NCBI GenBank assembly: GCA_003426165.1
Contig: QUAH01000006.1
Coordinates: 134,685 to 198,684, forward strand
From: Candidatus Saccharicenans subterraneus
GTDB lineage: Bacteria > Acidobacteriota > Aminicenantia > Aminicenantales > Saccharicenantaceae
Direction: 5' to 3'
Length of the DNA stretch: 64,000 bases
The translations under genes and the position numbers were made by a program. How positions within the stretch are numbered: the stretch's first letter is position 1; each line of letters starts with the position of its first letter. This document shows positions 29,804 through 43,302 of the stretch, piece by piece. The notes below the pieces were generated by a model that made no database searches, had not been told where the DNA came from, and worked only from the letters and a program-made list of their open reading frames with translations.

Positions 29804-32800
29804 CTAGTTCTCGGCCTGGACTTCCGCTTCTTTTTCCTCAGTTACCGGCATCTCTTCCTTGAGAATAACGTTCCGGTAATACCTGAATCCGGTTCCGGCC
29901 GGGATCAGCCGGCCCATGATGACGTTCTCCTTGATTTTCCTCAGATAATCTACCTTACCGTAAAGGGCAGCCTCGGTCAAGACCCGGGTGGTCTCCTGGA
30001 AGGAAGCCGCGGCAATAAAGCTGTCGGTACTCAGGGCGCTCTTGGTTATTCCCAGAAGCAGCGGACGGGCCTTGGCCGGCTTTCCGCCCTTCTTGAGGAT
30101 CTTTTCGTTTTCTTCCTGGAACTTGAACTTGTCGACCTGCTCGTCCACCAGGAATTCGGTGTCTCCTACCTCTTCAATCTTAACCCAGCGCAGCATCTGC
30201 CTGATGATGATTTCAATATGCTTGTCGTTGATGGTAACGCCCTGCAGGCGGTAAACTTCCTGCACTTCCCTCAACAGGTACTCGGCCAGTTCCTTTTCGC
30301 CCAGGACCTTGAGGATATCATGGGGATTGATCGGCCCATCCATCAGGGGAGTCCCGGCTTTAATCTTCTCACCGTCGGAGACCAACAGGTGAGCACTCTT
30401 GGGAATCAGGTATTCCTTTGAGCCTCCCCTCTCGTTCTTGACAATCAACCGCCGGTGGCCGCGCAGCAGGTCGCCGACCTGGACCACACCGTCAATTTCC
30501 GAAATGACGGCCGGGTTCTTCGGGCGACGGGCTTCGAACAATTCCTCGGCCCGGGGCAGACCGCCCGTAATATCCTTGGTTCTGGCCACTTCCCGCGGGA
30601 TCTTGGCCAGGATGTCGCCGGCAAACACTTCCTCTCCGTCCTTGACTTCCAGGTTGGCGCCCTTGGGCAGGAAATACCTCTTCTTGACCACGGGCTCGCC
30701 CTTGTCGTCCTTCTTTTTCGGATCGACAATCTCAATCATGGGCTGGAGCTTCTCATCCTTGGGCTCCATGACCACCAGGGTTATCAGTCCGGTAAAGTCA
30801 TCCCGGACCTCTTCCATGCTTATTCCAGCGTGCAGGTCCTTGAACCTGACCAGGCCGCCCTCCTCCGTCAGGATGAAGGTGCTGAATGGATCCCACTCGG
30901 CAAATTCCTGCCGGGCCTTGACCTGGTCACCGTCGTTGAGCAGTACCCTGGCCCCGTAAGGAACCTGGTAATGTTCTATTTCCCGACCGCGATGGTCAAG
31001 AATGGCGATGCTGGCATTCCGGTTGACCACCACCAGGCTGCCCTGCCTGTCCTTGACATAGGTCAGGTTGTTGAATTTTATGACGCCGTCATTCTTGGCT
31101 TCCAGGGCTGACTTTTCGGCTCCCCTCATGGCAATGCCGCCCACGTGGAAGGTCCTCATGGTCAGCTGGGTTCCCGGTTCCCCGATCGACTGGGCGGCGA
31201 TGATGCCTACGGCTTCTCCCAGGTCCACCAGGCGTCCGGTGGCCATGTCGCGGCCGTAGCAGAGCTGGCAGACCCCGCGCTTGGATTCGCAGGTCAGGAC
31301 CGACCGGATTTTAACCCTTTCAATACCCAGGTTCTGTATTTTCTCAGCGATGTTTTCGGTGATTTCCTGGTTCATGTCCACGATGAGCTCGCCGCTATCT
31401 GGATGGACTATTCTTTCCAGAGAAATCCGGCCGACGATCCGGTCGATAAAGGGTTCGATGATTTCGCCGTTTTCCACGATGGCACTGACGTTAACGCCTT
31501 TCAGGGTCCCGCAGTCATGCTGGTCCACGATGACTTCCTGGGCCACGTCCACCAGTTTCCTGGTCAGGTAACCGGAATTGGCCGTCTTCAGGGCGGTATC
31601 GGCCAGACCCTTTCTGGCTCCATGAGTTGAGATGAAGTACTGCAGCACGTTGAGGCCTTCCCTCAGGTTAGAGGTGATGGGGGTTTCTATGATTTCGCCC
31701 GAAGGTTTACTCATCAGGCCTCTCATGGCCGCCAGCTGCCTGATCTGCTGCTTGTTGCCACGGGAACCGGAATCGGCCATGACATACAGCGGGTTGAGTT
31801 TCTTTTCCACGAAGCTCACCCGTTTCATGGAATCCATCATGGCGTTGGTTACCTTTTCGGTAACCGAGGTCCAGATTTCTACCACCCGGTTGAACCTTTC
31901 GCCCGAGGAAATCGTTCCCTCGCGGTAGAGCTTTTCTATCTCCTGAACTTCCTTCTCGGCCTTTTTGATTATTTCATTCTTGTCTGCCGGAATCATGAAA
32001 TCTTCGATTCCCAGGGAAAAACCGGCCCGGGTGGCGTAGGTGAAGCCGAGCTCTTTCATCCGGTCCAGCATGGCCGTAGTCTTCTCCAGGCCAGCCTTCA
32101 GGTATACATAGTAAACCAGGCTCTCCAGTCCCTTTTTCTTGAGCATGCCGTTGACAAAGGGTAGCCCTTTAGGTAACACGCTGTTGAAGATGATCCGGCC
32201 CGGGGTGGTCTCGATCAGTTCATTCTTCAGCTGGACCACGGGGCAGCTGACCACCGCCTGGTCATCATAGAAGGTCTTGAGGTTCATGAAAGGACCAGAG
32301 TGGCGCACCTTGATCCGGCTGTGCAGGCTGACCTCCCCGGCTTCGTAGGCCAGGAGGGCTTCATCAAAGGTGGCAAAAATCCGGCCTTCTCCCCTTTCAT
32401 TCTTCTGTTCAAGGGTCAGATAATAGGAGCCAAGCACCATGTCCTGGCTGGGGATGGCCAGCGGCCGTCCGTGGGCCGGGGACAGGATGTTGTTGGCAGC
32501 CAGCATCAGGGTATTGGCCTCGATCTGGGCTTCAACCGATAGCGGCACATGAACCGCCATCTGGTCGCCGTCGAAGTCGGCATTGAAGGCGGCACAGACC
32601 AGGGGGTGAATCTGAATGGCCTTGCCCTCGATCAGTATGGGCTCAAAGGCCTGGATGCCGAGGCGATGGAGGGTGGGAGCGCGGTTGAGGAGGACCGGGT
32701 GTTCCCGGACCACTTCTTCCAGGCAATCCCAGACCTCGGGTCTTTCCTGTTCATGCCATTCCCTGGCTATCTTGATGGAGGGCACCATGCCTTCCTTTTC

Positions 32801-33955
32801 CAGCTTGTGGAAAATAAAGGGCTTGAAGAGCTCCAGGGCCATCTTCTTGGGGAGACCGCACTGGTGCAGTTTCAGTTCCGGTCCGACCACGATCACCGAG
32901 CGCCCGGAGTAATCGACCCTCTTGCCGAGCAGGTTCTGGCGGAACCTTCCCTGCTTGCCGCGGAGGGCTTCGCTCAGAGACTTCAGCGGGCGACGGTTGG
33001 CCCCGAGATGCACCCGGCCGCGGCGGCCGTTATCGAACAGGGCATCGACCGCTTCCTGCAGCATTCTCTTTTCGTTCCTGATGATCAGCTCGGGAGCCTT
33101 GAGCTCGATCAGTTTTTTCAGGCGGTTATTGCGGTTGATGACCCGGCGGTACAGGTCGTTAAGGTCGGAGGTAGCAAAGCGGCCGCCGTCCAGTCGCACT
33201 AGCGGCCTCAGGTCGGGCGGGATGACCGGAATCACATCCAGGATCATCCACTCCGGACGGTTACCGGATTTTTTCAGGCCCTTGAAGACCCTCAACCGCT
33301 TGGCGTAGCGCAACCTCTTCTGCTGGGAATGCTCCTTCTTCATGGCACGGCGGAGCTTCTCGGTTTCCTTGTCGATGTCAATTTTTTCCAGCAGTTTTTT
33401 GATGGACTCGGCGCCCATCCCGACTTCAAACTTGTTCCCCCACTTTTCGCGGGCCTCCCGGTATTCCTCCTCGTTGAGCAGCTGCTTTTCCTTGAGGTTG
33501 GTATCACCGGGGTCGAGCACGATATAGGACTCAAAATAGAGGACCTTTTCCAGTTCTTTGATGGTCATGTCCAGGATCAGGCCGATCCGGCTGGGCGGGC
33601 TCTTGAAAAACCAGATGTGGGCCACGGGGGAGGCCAGCTGGATGTGTCCCATTCTCTCGCGGCGAACCTTGGACTTGGTAACTTCAACCCCGCATCTTTC
33701 GCAGATGATGCCCTTGTACTTCATCCGCTTGTACTTGCCGCACAGACACTCGTAATCGTTGATCGGGCCGAAAATCTTGGCACAGAACAGGCCGTCCTTT
33801 TCTGGCTTGAAAGTCCGGTAGTTGATAGTCTCCGGCTTGGTGACTTCTCCCCAGGACCAGCTCTTTATTTTCTCAGGAGAGGCAATGCTGATTCTGACCC
33901 GGTCGAAATCAATCTTAGGCCTCGGAGTTAAAGCTTGCCTTATCTCCATCATCAA
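29804..33955 (-). CDS. rpoC: DNA-directed RNA polymerase beta-prime subunit
   Basis: N-terminal zinc finger [34 protein letters not shown] catalytic motif. 1383 aa. Overlaps the rpoB stop by 4 nt. Confidence 0.97.
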   Translation of the reverse strand: MMMEIRQALTPRPKIDFDRVRISIASPEKIKSWSWGEVTKPETINYRTFKPEKDGLFCAKIFGPINDYECLCGKYKRMKYKGIICERCGVEVTKSKVRRERMGHIQLASPVAHIWFFKSPPSRIGLILDMTIKELEKVLYFESYIVLDPGDTNLKEKQLLNEEEYREAREKWGNKFEVGMGAESIKKLLEKIDIDKETEKLRRAMKKEHSQQKRLRYAKRLRVFKGLKKSGNRPEWMILDVIPVIPPDLRPLVRLDGGRFATSDLNDLYRRVINRNNRLKKLIELKAPELIIRNEKRMLQEAVDALFDNGRRGRVHLGANRRPLKSLSEALRGKQGRFRQNLLGKRVDYSGRSVIVVGPELKLHQCGLPKKMALELFKPFIFHKLEKEGMVPSIKIAREWHEQERPEVWDCLEEVVREHPVLLNRAPTLHRLGIQAFEPILIEGKAIQIHPLVCAAFNADFDGDQMAVHVPLSVEAQIEANTLMLAANNILSPAHGRPLAIPSQDMVLGSYYLTLEQKNERGEGRIFATFDEALLAYEAGEVSLHSRIKVRHSGPFMNLKTFYDDQAVVSCPVVQLKNELIETTPGRIIFNSVLPKGLPFVNGMLKKKGLESLVYYVYLKAGLEKTTAMLDRMKELGFTYATRAGFSLGIEDFMIPADKNEIIKKAEKEVQEIEKLYREGTISSGERFNRVVEIWTSVTEKVTNAMMDSMKRVSFVEKKLNPLYVMADSGSRGNKQQIRQLAAMRGLMSKPSGEIIETPITSNLREGLNVLQYFISTHGARKGLADTALKTANSGYLTRKLVDVAQEVIVDQHDCGTLKGVNVSAIVENGEIIEPFIDRIVGRISLERIVHPDSGELIVDMNQEITENIAEKIQNLGIERVKIRSVLTCESKRGVCQLCYGRDMATGRLVDLGEAVGIIAAQSIGEPGTQLTMRTFHVGGIAMRGAEKSALEAKNDGVIKFNNLTYVKDRQGSLVVVNRNASIAILDHRGREIEHYQVPYGARVLLNDGDQVKARQEFAEWDPFSTFILTEEGGLVRFKDLHAGISMEEVRDDFTGLITLVVMEPKDEKLQPMIEIVDPKKKDDKGEPVVKKRYFLPKGANLEVKDGEEVFAGDILAKIPREVARTKDITGGLPRAEELFEARRPKNPAVISEIDGVVQVGDLLRGHRRLIVKNERGGSKEYLIPKSAHLLVSDGEKIKAGTPLMDGPINPHDILKVLGEKELAEYLLREVQEVYRLQGVTINDKHIEIIIRQMLRWVKIEEVGDTEFLVDEQVDKFKFQEENEKILKKGGKPAKARPLLLGITKSALSTDSFIAAASFQETTRVLTEAALYGKVDYLRKIKENVIMGRLIPAGTGFRYYRNVILKEEMPVTEEKEAEVQAEN

Positions 33956-36900
33956 TCTCCTTTGGTTGACTGGGGTATGGAAATGCCCCAGGGCAACGCT
34001 TCCTCTTTCTCGCCCTTAAGCAATTCAATGTTAAGGGACAATCCCTGTAGCTCACGGATGAGCACGTTGACCGACTCCGGCAGCCCGGGCTGGAAATCAA
34101 GGTCACCCTTGACGATGGCCTCATAAATCTTGGCCCGGCCTTCCACGTCGTCGGATTTCACGGTCAGGATTTCCTGCAGGGTGTAGGCAGCTCCGTAAGC
34201 TTCCAGGGCCCAGACTTCCATCTCCCCAAACCTCTGGCCGCCGAACTGGGCCTTGCCGCCCAGGGGCTGCTGGGTGATCAGGGAGTAAGGACCGGTGGAA
34301 CGGGCATGAATCTTGTCGTCCACCAGGTGGTAAAGCTTCATCATGTAGATGTAGCCGACGGTGACTTCCTGGTCAAACGGTTGCCCGGTCAGTCCATCGT
34401 ACAGCCGGACCTTGCCCGTTTCCGGCAAGCCGGCCTTCCTCAGCAATTCCTTGATCTCTTCTTCCTTGGCCCCGTCAAAAACCGGTGAGCTCAGCCACAG
34501 GTTCATTTTGCGGGCAGCCCAGCCGGCATGAGTCTCCAGGATCTGGCCCAGGTTCATACGGGAGGGAACGCCCAGGGGGTTGAGCACGATGTCCACCGGC
34601 GTTCCGTCCGGCAGGCGGGGCATGTCCTCTTCCGGAACTATCTTGGCGATAACGCCCTTGTTGCCGTGCCGCCCGGACATCTTGTCGCCGACCGACAGCC
34701 GTCTCTTCATGGCAATGAAGACCTTGATGGCCTGGATGACACCCGGAGAAAGCTCGTCGCCTTTCTTCAGGGTATCAACCTTCTCCTTGAACTCGGCCTT
34801 CAGGGCATCAATTTGCCGCTTGACCTTGCGGTCCAGGTCCCTGATCTTCTCATCCCGTTCGGCATCGGCCGGGAGCTTCAACTCCTCCAGGTCTTTCAGG
34901 TCGTCAAATTCCAGTATTTCCAGCAGCTTCTCGGTGAGCTTGGTACCCTTTTCTATGGTCCGCCCGTTGAGCTTGGCATTCTTGCCGACCACCTCGCCCT
35001 TGATCAGGTTCTTGATGCGGCGCCACTTTTCTTTTTCCAGGATTTCGATCTCATCTTCCAGGTTCCGCTTCATCTTGGCGATTTCTTCTTTTTCTATGGT
35101 CTTGGCCCGCTCGTTCTTTTCCTGGCCGCGCCTGGTGAAAATCCGGACATCGATTACCGTGCCCTCCACCCCGGGAGGACAGTACAGGGACGCATCCTTG
35201 ACGTCCAGCGCCTTTTCGCCAAAGATAGCCTTGAGCAGTTTCTCTTCGGGTGAGAGCTGGGTTTCACCCTTGGGGGCCACCTTGCCCACCAGGATATCGC
35301 CCGGCTTCACGTAGGCTCCGATCCTGACGATTCCGGTCTCATCCAGGTTGCGGAGCAGATTCTCCGAGACGTTGGGTATGTCGCGGGTGATTTCCTCGGG
35401 ACCGAGCTTGGTATCCCGGGCCTCTATCATTTCTTCCACGATATGAATCGAAGTGAAAACGTCTTCTTTTATCAACTTTTCGCTGACGATGATGGCATCC
35501 TCGAAGTTGTAGCCGCGCCAGGGCATGAAGGCACAGAGTATATTCCGGCCGAGAGCCATCTCCCCGCGGTCGGTGCAGGAACCGTCGGCCAGGATCTGGC
35601 CCTTGACCACGCGGTCTCCTTTCCGGACGATGGGTCTCTGGTTGATGCAGGTATTCTGGTTGGTCCGGAGGAACTTGGTCAGAAGGTAAAGGTCGGTGCC
35701 CAGGTCGTACAGGCTGTTTTCCTTTTCGTCAACCCTGACTATGATTCTTTCGGCATCGACAAATTCCACGACGCCGGAGCGCTCGCAGACCACCACGTCC
35801 CCGGACCCCTTGGCCACGATATGCTCGATGCCGGTTCCGATCAACGGGGCCTCCGGCTTTAGCAACGGCACCGCCTGGCGTTGCATGTTGGAACCCATCA
35901 GGGCCCGGTTGGCGTCGTCGTGCTCCAGGAAGGGAATCAGGGCGGCCGAGAGGGACACCAGCTGCTTGGGCGAAACGTCCATGAAATCAATTTCTTCCCG
36001 TGGCAGGATCCTGAAGTTGCCGCGGTCGCGGGCGCTGACCATTTCCTGCTTGATGTAGCCCCGGGAATCGATCTCCACGTTGGCCTGGGCGATCTTGTAA
36101 TTCTCTTCCTCCCAGGCGGTCAGGTAGAAAATATAAGGTTCATATACGGGCAGGTTCTTGGCTTTTTCTTCCTGTAGCCGGTTGACAGCTTTCTCCATTT
36201 CATCCTTGCGAACCAGCTGCCCCGGGCGGAAGCTGGTAGCCCCGGGGTGGATGACCTTGACATAATCCACCACCCGGCCTTTTTCCACCTTGCGATACGG
36301 AGTTTCTATGAAACCGTATTCATTTATCCTGGCATAGCAGCTAAGAGAGGCAATGAGACCAATGTTGGGACCTTCCGGGGTCTCGATCGGGCAGATTCTG
36401 CCGTAGTGCGAGGTCTGAATATCCCTGACCTCGAACCCGGCCCTTTCCCGGCTTAAACCGCCGGGTCCCAGAGCGCTTAACCTTCTCTTATGGGTCAGTT
36501 CGGCCAGGGTGTTAATCTGGTCCATGAACTGCGAAAGCTGGGAGCTACCAAAGAACTCTTTCAGGGCGGCGATGACCGGCTTGGAATTTATCAGGTCCTG
36601 GGGCATGGCCGAGGACAGGTCGGCGCTGATGGTCATTTTTTCCTTGATGGTCCGTTCCATTCGGGTCAGACCGATCCGGAAAGCGTTTTCCATCAACTCG
36701 CCCACCGGGCGGACCCGGCGGTTACCCAGGTGGTCGATGTCATCAACGGAGCCCTCACCGTTTTTCAACTTGAGCAGGTACTTGATCACCTGCACGTAAT
36801 CTTCCTTGGACAGTATTCGGTCTTTCGGGTCTTCCGGACCGGATTTCCTTTCGGTCTCCAGCAGGACGTCGCGCTGACCGCTGTCCAGACCGAGCTTGAT

Positions 36901-38289
36901 GTTGAATTTCAGGCGGCCAATCCTGGAGAAATTGAACTTCTGCGGGTTGAAAAACATGTTGTCAAAAAGGGCCTTGGCGCTTTCTTCGGTGTGCGGTTCT
37001 CCCGGCCTGAGCTTCTTGTAGATTTCACTCAGGGCCTGTTGCTGGTCCTTCTTCAGGTCCTTCTTCAGGGTGTTCAGGATCATCTGGGCGGCTTCATCTT
37101 CACCCGGGAAGAAGACCTCGAAAGGCTCGCCCCTGCTGGTCAGGATTTCCAGATGCTCGGCAGTCAGCTCCTCGCCGGACTTGACCTTCCCGCGGACGTT
37201 AACCAGAGAATAGGCCCCGTTGAGGTCCTGCCTGGTGGCCTTGATCCTGGTGACATTCTTTTCCCGCAGCTTGTTGATTAATTCCTGGTCCAGCCTGGTC
37301 CCGGCTTTGGCTACCGGAGACCTGGAGCTCTCGGGGCTGTAGACATCCTCGCGCAGAACCTTGCCCTCCAGGCTGTCGGTGAGTTTCCAGTACAGCTTCC
37401 CGTCCTCCGGAATCAGCTCGTAAGATTTGAAAAACAGCCGGATGATCTCCTCGTCCGAGCCGTAACCAAGGGCTCGCAGAAAGACAGTGGCCAGGAACTT
37501 CTTTTTCCGGTCCAGCCTGACCCAGAGGATGTTCTTGACATCATTTTCGAATTCCACCCAGGCTCCGCGGTAGGGAATGACCTTGCCCACGAACTGGCCT
37601 TTGATCTCTCCGGGCCGGAAAAATACCCCGGGTGACCTCTGCAACTGGCTGACCACCACCCTTTCCACTCCATTAAATATAAAGGTACCCTTGTCTGTCA
37701 TCAGCGGGATATTCCCGAAATAGACTTCCTGCTGCTTGATATGCTTCAGCCGACGGGTCTTGGTGGCCGGGTCTTTTTCCCAGGAAACAAGCTGAACTTT
37801 TAACTTCAGCGGGGCCTCGTAGGTGTACCCTTTCTGGATGCACTCCAGGGGGCTGTACTTTATTTTCAACCTGACCCTGTCCCCGCAGTACTCGCAGAGA
37901 GGCATCTCGATCTTCCTGTGCTCCCCGCAATAAGGACAGACTCTCTTTTCCTGAAGAGCTACCTCGGAAGGAAGCAACGCCCCGCACGACTGGCAGCGCG
38001 GCCGGGAGTTTTCCACGCCCTTCAGGCGGCCGCACCTGCATTCCCAATCGCCGATGGTGTAGCTGATAAATTGCAGCTCGGTGGTTTCCTTGAAATCGGT
38101 AATGGGAAAGACATCCTTGAAGGCGGCCTGCAGGCCCACATCCTTTCTCTCATCCGGCAACAGGTCCATCTGCAGGAACTCGTCGTAAGACTTTCGCTGA
38201 ATTTCGAGAAGGTCGGGCAGTTCAAAGACCGTCTTGATTTTAGAAAAATCGACTCTTTCCCGATAGATATGATGGTTTTGATCAAGCAT
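33952..38289 (-). CDS. rpoB: DNA-directed RNA polymerase beta subunit (1445 aa, with N-proximal double CxxC zinc-ribbon insertion)
   Basis: Conserved rif-region and catalytic-region segments. Insertion around aa 78-150 containing CRCG...CQSCG and CPYCG...CEYCG. Confidence 0.96.
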   Translation of the reverse strand: MLDQNHHIYRERVDFSKIKTVFELPDLLEIQRKSYDEFLQMDLLPDERKDVGLQAAFKDVFPITDFKETTELQFISYTIGDWECRCGRLKGVENSRPRCQSCGALLPSEVALQEKRVCPYCGEHRKIEMPLCEYCGDRVRLKIKYSPLECIQKGYTYEAPLKLKVQLVSWEKDPATKTRRLKHIKQQEVYFGNIPLMTDKGTFIFNGVERVVVSQLQRSPGVFFRPGEIKGQFVGKVIPYRGAWVEFENDVKNILWVRLDRKKKFLATVFLRALGYGSDEEIIRLFFKSYELIPEDGKLYWKLTDSLEGKVLREDVYSPESSRSPVAKAGTRLDQELINKLREKNVTRIKATRQDLNGAYSLVNVRGKVKSGEELTAEHLEILTSRGEPFEVFFPGEDEAAQMILNTLKKDLKKDQQQALSEIYKKLRPGEPHTEESAKALFDNMFFNPQKFNFSRIGRLKFNIKLGLDSGQRDVLLETERKSGPEDPKDRILSKEDYVQVIKYLLKLKNGEGSVDDIDHLGNRRVRPVGELMENAFRIGLTRMERTIKEKMTISADLSSAMPQDLINSKPVIAALKEFFGSSQLSQFMDQINTLAELTHKRRLSALGPGGLSRERAGFEVRDIQTSHYGRICPIETPEGPNIGLIASLSCYARINEYGFIETPYRKVEKGRVVDYVKVIHPGATSFRPGQLVRKDEMEKAVNRLQEEKAKNLPVYEPYIFYLTAWEEENYKIAQANVEIDSRGYIKQEMVSARDRGNFRILPREEIDFMDVSPKQLVSLSAALIPFLEHDDANRALMGSNMQRQAVPLLKPEAPLIGTGIEHIVAKGSGDVVVCERSGVVEFVDAERIIVRVDEKENSLYDLGTDLYLLTKFLRTNQNTCINQRPIVRKGDRVVKGQILADGSCTDRGEMALGRNILCAFMPWRGYNFEDAIIVSEKLIKEDVFTSIHIVEEMIEARDTKLGPEEITRDIPNVSENLLRNLDETGIVRIGAYVKPGDILVGKVAPKGETQLSPEEKLLKAIFGEKALDVKDASLYCPPGVEGTVIDVRIFTRRGQEKNERAKTIEKEEIAKMKRNLEDEIEILEKEKWRRIKNLIKGEVVGKNAKLNGRTIEKGTKLTEKLLEILEFDDLKDLEELKLPADAERDEKIRDLDRKVKRQIDALKAEFKEKVDTLKKGDELSPGVIQAIKVFIAMKRRLSVGDKMSGRHGNKGVIAKIVPEEDMPRLPDGTPVDIVLNPLGVPSRMNLGQILETHAGWAARKMNLWLSSPVFDGAKEEEIKELLRKAGLPETGKVRLYDGLTGQPFDQEVTVGYIYMMKLYHLVDDKIHARSTGPYSLITQQPLGGKAQFGGQRFGEMEVWALEAYGAAYTLQEILTVKSDDVEGRAKIYEAIVKGDLDFQPGLPESVNVLIRELQGLSLNIELLKGEKEEALPWGISIPQSTKGD

Positions 38290-38361
38290 GGTAGCTCTCT
38301 AAAAAAAGAGTTTGATAGTTTTTGTTTTCTATCATTAAAAAAATAATTTTTTTACCAAGGG

Positions 38362-38760
38362 TTACTGTATTTCGACTGTGGCTCCGACCTCGGCAAATTT
38401 GGCCTTGATGGCCTCGGCTTCGTCCTTGGTAACGCCTTCTTTCAGGGTCTTGGGCACGCCGTCCACAAAATCCTTGGCTTCTTTCAGGCCCAGGTTGGTG
38501 ACTTCACGCACCACCTTAATTACCTGGATTTTCTGGCTGCCAACATCCTTCAGGATGACGTTGAAAGAAGTCTTCTCTTCCACCGGCTTGGCCTCAGCCT
38601 GAGCCGCGCCTCCGCCGGCCATCATAACTGGGGCGGCCATGGCCGCGCTGATCCCATAGCGGGTCTCAAACTCTTTGATGTAGTCAACGAGTTCCAGGAC
38701 GGTCAGGTTGTCAAGATGGGCGAAAAACTGTTCCTTGGTGAGTTTTTCTTGTTTTTCCAT
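38362..38760 (-). CDS. rplL: 50S ribosomal protein L7/L12
   Basis: Ala-rich hinge [20 protein letters not shown]-terminal domain ...[11 protein letters not shown]. Confidence 0.95.
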   Translation of the reverse strand: MEKQEKLTKEQFFAHLDNLTVLELVDYIKEFETRYGISAAMAAPVMMAGGGAAQAEAKPVEEKTSFNVILKDVGSQKIQVIKVVREVTNLGLKEAKDFVDGVPKTLKEGVTKDEAEAIKAKFAEVGATVEIQ

Positions 38761-38806
38761 TGGTCTCTCCTCTCCTTTACTTGAGCTTAGTTCAAGGGAT
38801 ATTCCC

Positions 38807-39322
38807 TCAACTCTCTTTTTTATCCTTGAGGACGCTCAACAACCTACCCATGTTAACCAGGGGAGTTTGCAGGGTTCTCAAGAACTGAGTTAACGGGTAC
38901 GACATCAAATACCCGATTCTGGCCACTAAATCCATTCTGGAATTCAGCTTGATGATTTCGCCGAACATGTCGGGGGCCAGGTAATGGCCTTCCACCACCC
39001 CGGCTTTAATCTCCAGCACCTTGCCCCGGTCGGAAAACTCCTGGAGGAGCTTGGCCAGGGCGATGGGATCGCTGTCGGTAAAGGCCAGGGCATTATTTTT
39101 CTGGAAGTACGGCTTGAGCTCCGGGAAACGCTGCCCGATGGCCTTGAGGGCCAGCCGATTCTTGACCACTTTCAGCCGGAAGTTGTTGCGCTTCAGGAGC
39201 TTCCTGAGTTCCACCATCTTCCAGACAGGCATCTGCTTGTAATCCACCAGATACCAGGTCTGGTTCTTATTAAGGGACTCTTCCAGTTCCTGGACGATCT
39301 TATACTTGGTCTCTTTTTTCAC
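38807..39322 (-). CDS. rplJ: 50S ribosomal protein L10
   Basis: Position between rplA and rplL. L10 family sequence. Confidence 0.93.
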   Translation of the reverse strand: MKKETKYKIVQELEESLNKNQTWYLVDYKQMPVWKMVELRKLLKRNNFRLKVVKNRLALKAIGQRFPELKPYFQKNNALAFTDSDPIALAKLLQEFSDRGKVLEIKAGVVEGHYLAPDMFGEIIKLNSRMDLVARIGYLMSYPLTQFLRTLQTPLVNMGRLLSVLKDKKES

Positions 39323-39332
39323 CGTCAGACTC

Positions 39333-40028
39333 CTATTTCTCTAAGATCTCTTCTGAAAGCTTGAAGGACGGCCCCATGGTTGAAGAAACGAACATCGACC
39401 TGATGTACTTGCCCTTGGCGGCCGGGGGCTTGGCCTGGATCACCGCCTGGAGGAAGGCCCTGATGTTCTCCACCAGCTTCTCTTCAGGGAAGGAAACCTT
39501 GCCCACGGCAGCGTGAACTATCCCGGTCTTGTCCACCCGGAATTCAACCTTCCCGGCCTTGGTTTCCTCGATGGCCTTTTTCACGTCGAAGGTCACGGTC
39601 CCGGCCTTGGGGTTGGGCATCAGGCCCTTGGTGCCCAGGATTCTTCCCAGCTTGCCCACGCTTCGCATCATATCCGGGGTGGCAATGACCACGTCAAAGT
39701 CAATCCAGCCACCGGAAATCTTCTCGATGATATCGTCGCCGCCCACATAATCGGCCCCGGCTTCCTCGGCTTCCTTGATCTTCTCGCCGGAAGCAATGAC
39801 GCAGATTTTCTTGGTCTTACCGGTGCCGTGGGGCAGGACCACTGTTCCCCGGACCATCTGGTCCGAATACTTGGGATTCACTCCGAGACGGAGGGCCACG
39901 TCCACCGACTCATCGAACTTGGCGTACTTGGCTTCTTTGAGCAGATGAACGGCTTCCTCAATGGTGTATTCTTTCGTCTCTTCCTTCAGGGCTCTGGCCT
40001 TTAAGTAATTCTTACCACGTTTACTCAC
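39333..40028 (-). CDS. rplA: 50S ribosomal protein L1
   Basis: [12 protein letters not shown]...[35 protein letters not shown]. Confidence 0.95.
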   Translation of the reverse strand: MSKRGKNYLKARALKEETKEYTIEEAVHLLKEAKYAKFDESVDVALRLGVNPKYSDQMVRGTVVLPHGTGKTKKICVIASGEKIKEAEEAGADYVGGDDIIEKISGGWIDFDVVIATPDMMRSVGKLGRILGTKGLMPNPKAGTVTFDVKKAIEETKAGKVEFRVDKTGIVHAAVGKVSFPEEKLVENIRAFLQAVIQAKPPAAKGKYIRSMFVSSTMGPSFKLSEEILEK

Positions 40029-40452
40029 TGACGATCTCCAATCCCATATTTTTGGCAGTTCCTTCTATGGAGCGGATGGCTGCTTCCAGGTCGTCGGTGT
40101 TCAGGTCTGGAAGCTTGATCCGGGCAATTTCTTCGATCTGTTTGCGGGTTACCTTACCCACCTTGTCCTTGTTGGGAGCACTGGACCCCTTGGCAATGCC
40201 GGCGGCTTTCTTCAGCAGGAACGAAGCCGGCGGGGTCTTGATGACGAAGGTAAAGCTGCGGTCCTTGAAAACCGTCACCAACACCGGAACGATGGTGCCT
40301 TCCTCCATGTTCTTGGTCCGGTCGTTGAACTGCCGGACAAAATCCATTAAATTGACGCCGTGGGGAGCCAGTGAGGGACCTACCGGGGGAGCCGGACTGG
40401 CCTGTCCGGCTACGATCTGCAATTTTACTTTGGCCACGACTTCCTTAGACAT
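40021..40452 (-). CDS. rplK: 50S ribosomal protein L11
   Basis: [27 protein letters not shown]. Confidence 0.95.
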   Translation of the reverse strand: MSKEVVAKVKLQIVAGQASPAPPVGPSLAPHGVNLMDFVRQFNDRTKNMEEGTIVPVLVTVFKDRSFTFVIKTPPASFLLKKAAGIAKGSSAPNKDKVGKVTRKQIEEIARIKLPDLNTDDLEAAIRSIEGTAKNMGLEIVSE

Positions 40453-40461
40453 TTCTTCCTC

Positions 40462-40992
40462 CTAGATTTTCTCCACCTGCAGGAACTCCAGTTCCACCGG
40501 AGTGGATCGGCCGAAGATTGTCACCATGACCTTCAGGGTGTTGCGTTCGTGATTGACCTCTTCGACTATGCCGTTAAAATTGTAAAAGGGCCCATCGATG
40601 ATACGGACCGCCTCGCCCTTTTCAAAGGTATGCTTGGGCTTCGGCTTCTCCGAGGTGACTTCCATGTGATGGATGATCTTGTTGACCTCTTCCGGGCTGA
40701 GCGGAGTGGGCTTGCGACCGGAACCGACAAACCCGGTGACCTTGGGAATCTGGCGAATCATCAACCAGGTCTCGTCGTTCATCTCCATTTCCACCAGGAT
40801 GTAACCCGGGTAAGGCTTCTTGGTGGTAACGACCTTTTTACCGCCCCTGATCTCAACCACATCCTCGGTCGGGATGACGATCTGGCCAATGTTATCCTCC
40901 AACTTCATCTCTGCGGCTTTCAGACGGATAGATTCGGCCACGAAATTCTCGAAGCCTGAATAGGTGTGAATTACATACCAGTTCTTGGCCAT
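40462..40992 (-). CDS. nusG: Transcription termination/antitermination factor NusG
   Basis: MAKNWYVIHTYSGFENFVAESIRLKAAE NGN domain. C-terminal KOW domain. Confidence 0.95.
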   Translation of the reverse strand: MAKNWYVIHTYSGFENFVAESIRLKAAEMKLEDNIGQIVIPTEDVVEIRGGKKVVTTKKPYPGYILVEMEMNDETWLMIRQIPKVTGFVGSGRKPTPLSPEEVNKIIHHMEVTSEKPKPKHTFEKGEAVRIIDGPFYNFNGIVEEVNHERNTLKVMVTIFGRSTPVELEFLQVEKI

Positions 40993-41005
40993 TTAAATCC
41001 CTGCT

Positions 41006-41218
41006 TTATCCAAAAAATGTTTTGACCTGAGCGATCAGCCAGGAAAACACGACGTCGACAAAAAACAGATAGATGCCGAAGAAAAACACGGCAATGATGA
41101 CGATGATGGTCGTACCGTAAACCTCCTGCTTGGCCGGCCAGGTGACCTTCTTGAGTTCGGACCTGACGTCCTTCAAAAAGTTTACGAATCGTTTGTGCCA
41201 GGGCAGTTTGTCGTTCAT
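41006..41218 (-). CDS. secE: Preprotein translocase subunit SecE
   Basis: KRFVNFLKDVRSELKKVTWP followed by a single TM helix. 70 aa. Position upstream of nusG. Confidence 0.92.
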   Translation of the reverse strand: MNDKLPWHKRFVNFLKDVRSELKKVTWPAKQEVYGTTIIVIIAVFFFGIYLFFVDVVFSWLIAQVKTFFG

Positions 41219-41248
41219 GTTACCTACGCCTTTATCTCATCCTGATAC

Positions 41249-41325
41249 TGGCGGGTGAGGCAGGACTCGAACCCGCAGCCTGCGGTTTTGGAGACCGCTG
41301 CTCTAGCCAATTGAGCTACTCACCC
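41249..41325 (-). tRNA. tRNA-Trp (anticodon CCA), CCA end encoded
   Basis: Manual fold of the reverse strand. Acceptor GGGTGAG/CTCACCC. Anticodon stem-loop GCGGT-CTCCAAA-ACCGC. T-arm GCGGG-TTCGAGT-CCTGC. Confidence 0.88.
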
Positions 41326-41341
41326 TCAGTCCGGTCAGTCA

Positions 41342-41491
41342 TTATTTAACTTCTTTGTGAAGAGTATGCTTGCGACAGAACGGGCAGAACTTCTTGATTT
41401 CCAGCCGTTCCGTCTGCTTCTTCTTGTTTCTGGTGGTAGTGTAATTCCGTCGCTTACAATCCGAGCACTGAAGAGTAATTATTTCCCGCAT
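41342..41491 (-). CDS. rpmG: 50S ribosomal protein L33 (zinc-ribbon C+ form)
   Basis: Manual translation gives [49 protein letters not shown] (49 aa). Not in the ORF track. Confidence 0.9.
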   Translation of the reverse strand: MREIITLQCSDCKRRNYTTTRNKKKQTERLEIKKFCPFCRKHTLHKEVK

Positions 41492-41541
41492 CTCGCTATT
41501 TCCTTAATGCTTAGTTCAACTAACAGCCGGGGAATGCAGTT

Positions 41542-42744
<1,203 letters not shown>

Positions 42745-42784
42745 CTCTTTTACCTCCTAGGAGCCAGGCAAAAATTTTTATAAA

Positions 42785-42857
42785 AGCCCAAGACCAGATT
42801 TGAACTGGTGACCCCGTCCTTACCAAGGACGTGCTCTGCCAACTGAGCTACTTGGGC
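42785..42857 (-). tRNA. tRNA-Thr (anticodon GGT)
   Basis: Reverse strand GCCCAAGTAGCTCAGTTGGCAGAGCACGTCCTTGGTAAGGACG...CTTGGGCT. Anticodon loop TTGGTAA. Confidence 0.88.
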
Positions 42858-42876
42858 TTAACTTCATTTCTTAGAA

Positions 42877-42949
<73 letters not shown>

Positions 42950-42957
42950 ATCAAAAA

Positions 42958-43040
42958 TGGGCAGGGAAGGATTCGAACCTCCGAAGCGTTTCCGCAGCGG
43001 GTTTACAGCCCGCCCCATTTGGCCACTTTGGTACCTGCCC
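42958..43040 (-). tRNA. tRNA-Tyr (anticodon GTA), long variable arm
   Basis: Reverse strand GGGCAGGTACCAAAGTGGCCAAATGGGGCGGGCTGTAAACCCGC...CCTGCCCA. Anticodon loop CTGTAAA. Confidence 0.85.
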
Positions 43041-43083
43041 ATACCAGTCTTCCCTATCAGGCCAGGCCTGCTCTCTATTTCTG

Positions 43084-43156
43084 AGCCAGCGAAGGGATTC
43101 GAACCCCCGACCCGCTGATTACAAATCAGCTGCTCTACCGGCTGAGCTACGCTGGC
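43084..43156 (-). tRNA. tRNA-Thr (anticodon TGT)
   Basis: Reverse strand GCCAGCGTAGCTCAGCCGGTAGAGCAGCTGATTTGTAATCAGC...CGCTGGCT. Anticodon loop TTGTAAT. Confidence 0.88.
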
Positions 43157-43259
43157 AATCATGCACAAATCGGAAATTTTCCTTAATTTTTCAAAAAATC
43201 TTCTGTACTTCTGTTTTTAATTGAAAAAAGTTAAATTGAGATATAAATTTACAACGGGA

Positions 43260-43288
43260 ATACTAACTTAATTTAATCTTTTTGTCAA
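43260..43288 (-). promoter_or_regulatory. Candidate strong sigma-70 promoter with AT-rich UP-like element for the tRNA-tufB operon: TTGACA, 17-nt spacer, TAGTAT
   Basis: Reverse complement reads tcTTGACAaaaagattaaattaagtTAGTATtcc. Sits in a 150-nt stretch of roughly 25% GC in a 57% GC genome, immediately upstream of tRNA-Thr(TGT). Confidence 0.4.
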
Positions 43289-43302
43289 GATACGGAAGAT
43301 AT

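Noticed and set aside
29651-33931. Series of plus-strand ORFs (about 256, 218, 161, 217 and 200 aa) antisense to rpoC
   Set aside because: All are antisense to a universally conserved gene and have biased low-complexity composition. There is no evidence for overlapping genes.
34528-37281. Multiple 240-260-aa plus-strand ORFs antisense to rpoB
   Set aside because: Same reasoning as for rpoC. These are spurious antisense frames in high-GC coding DNA.
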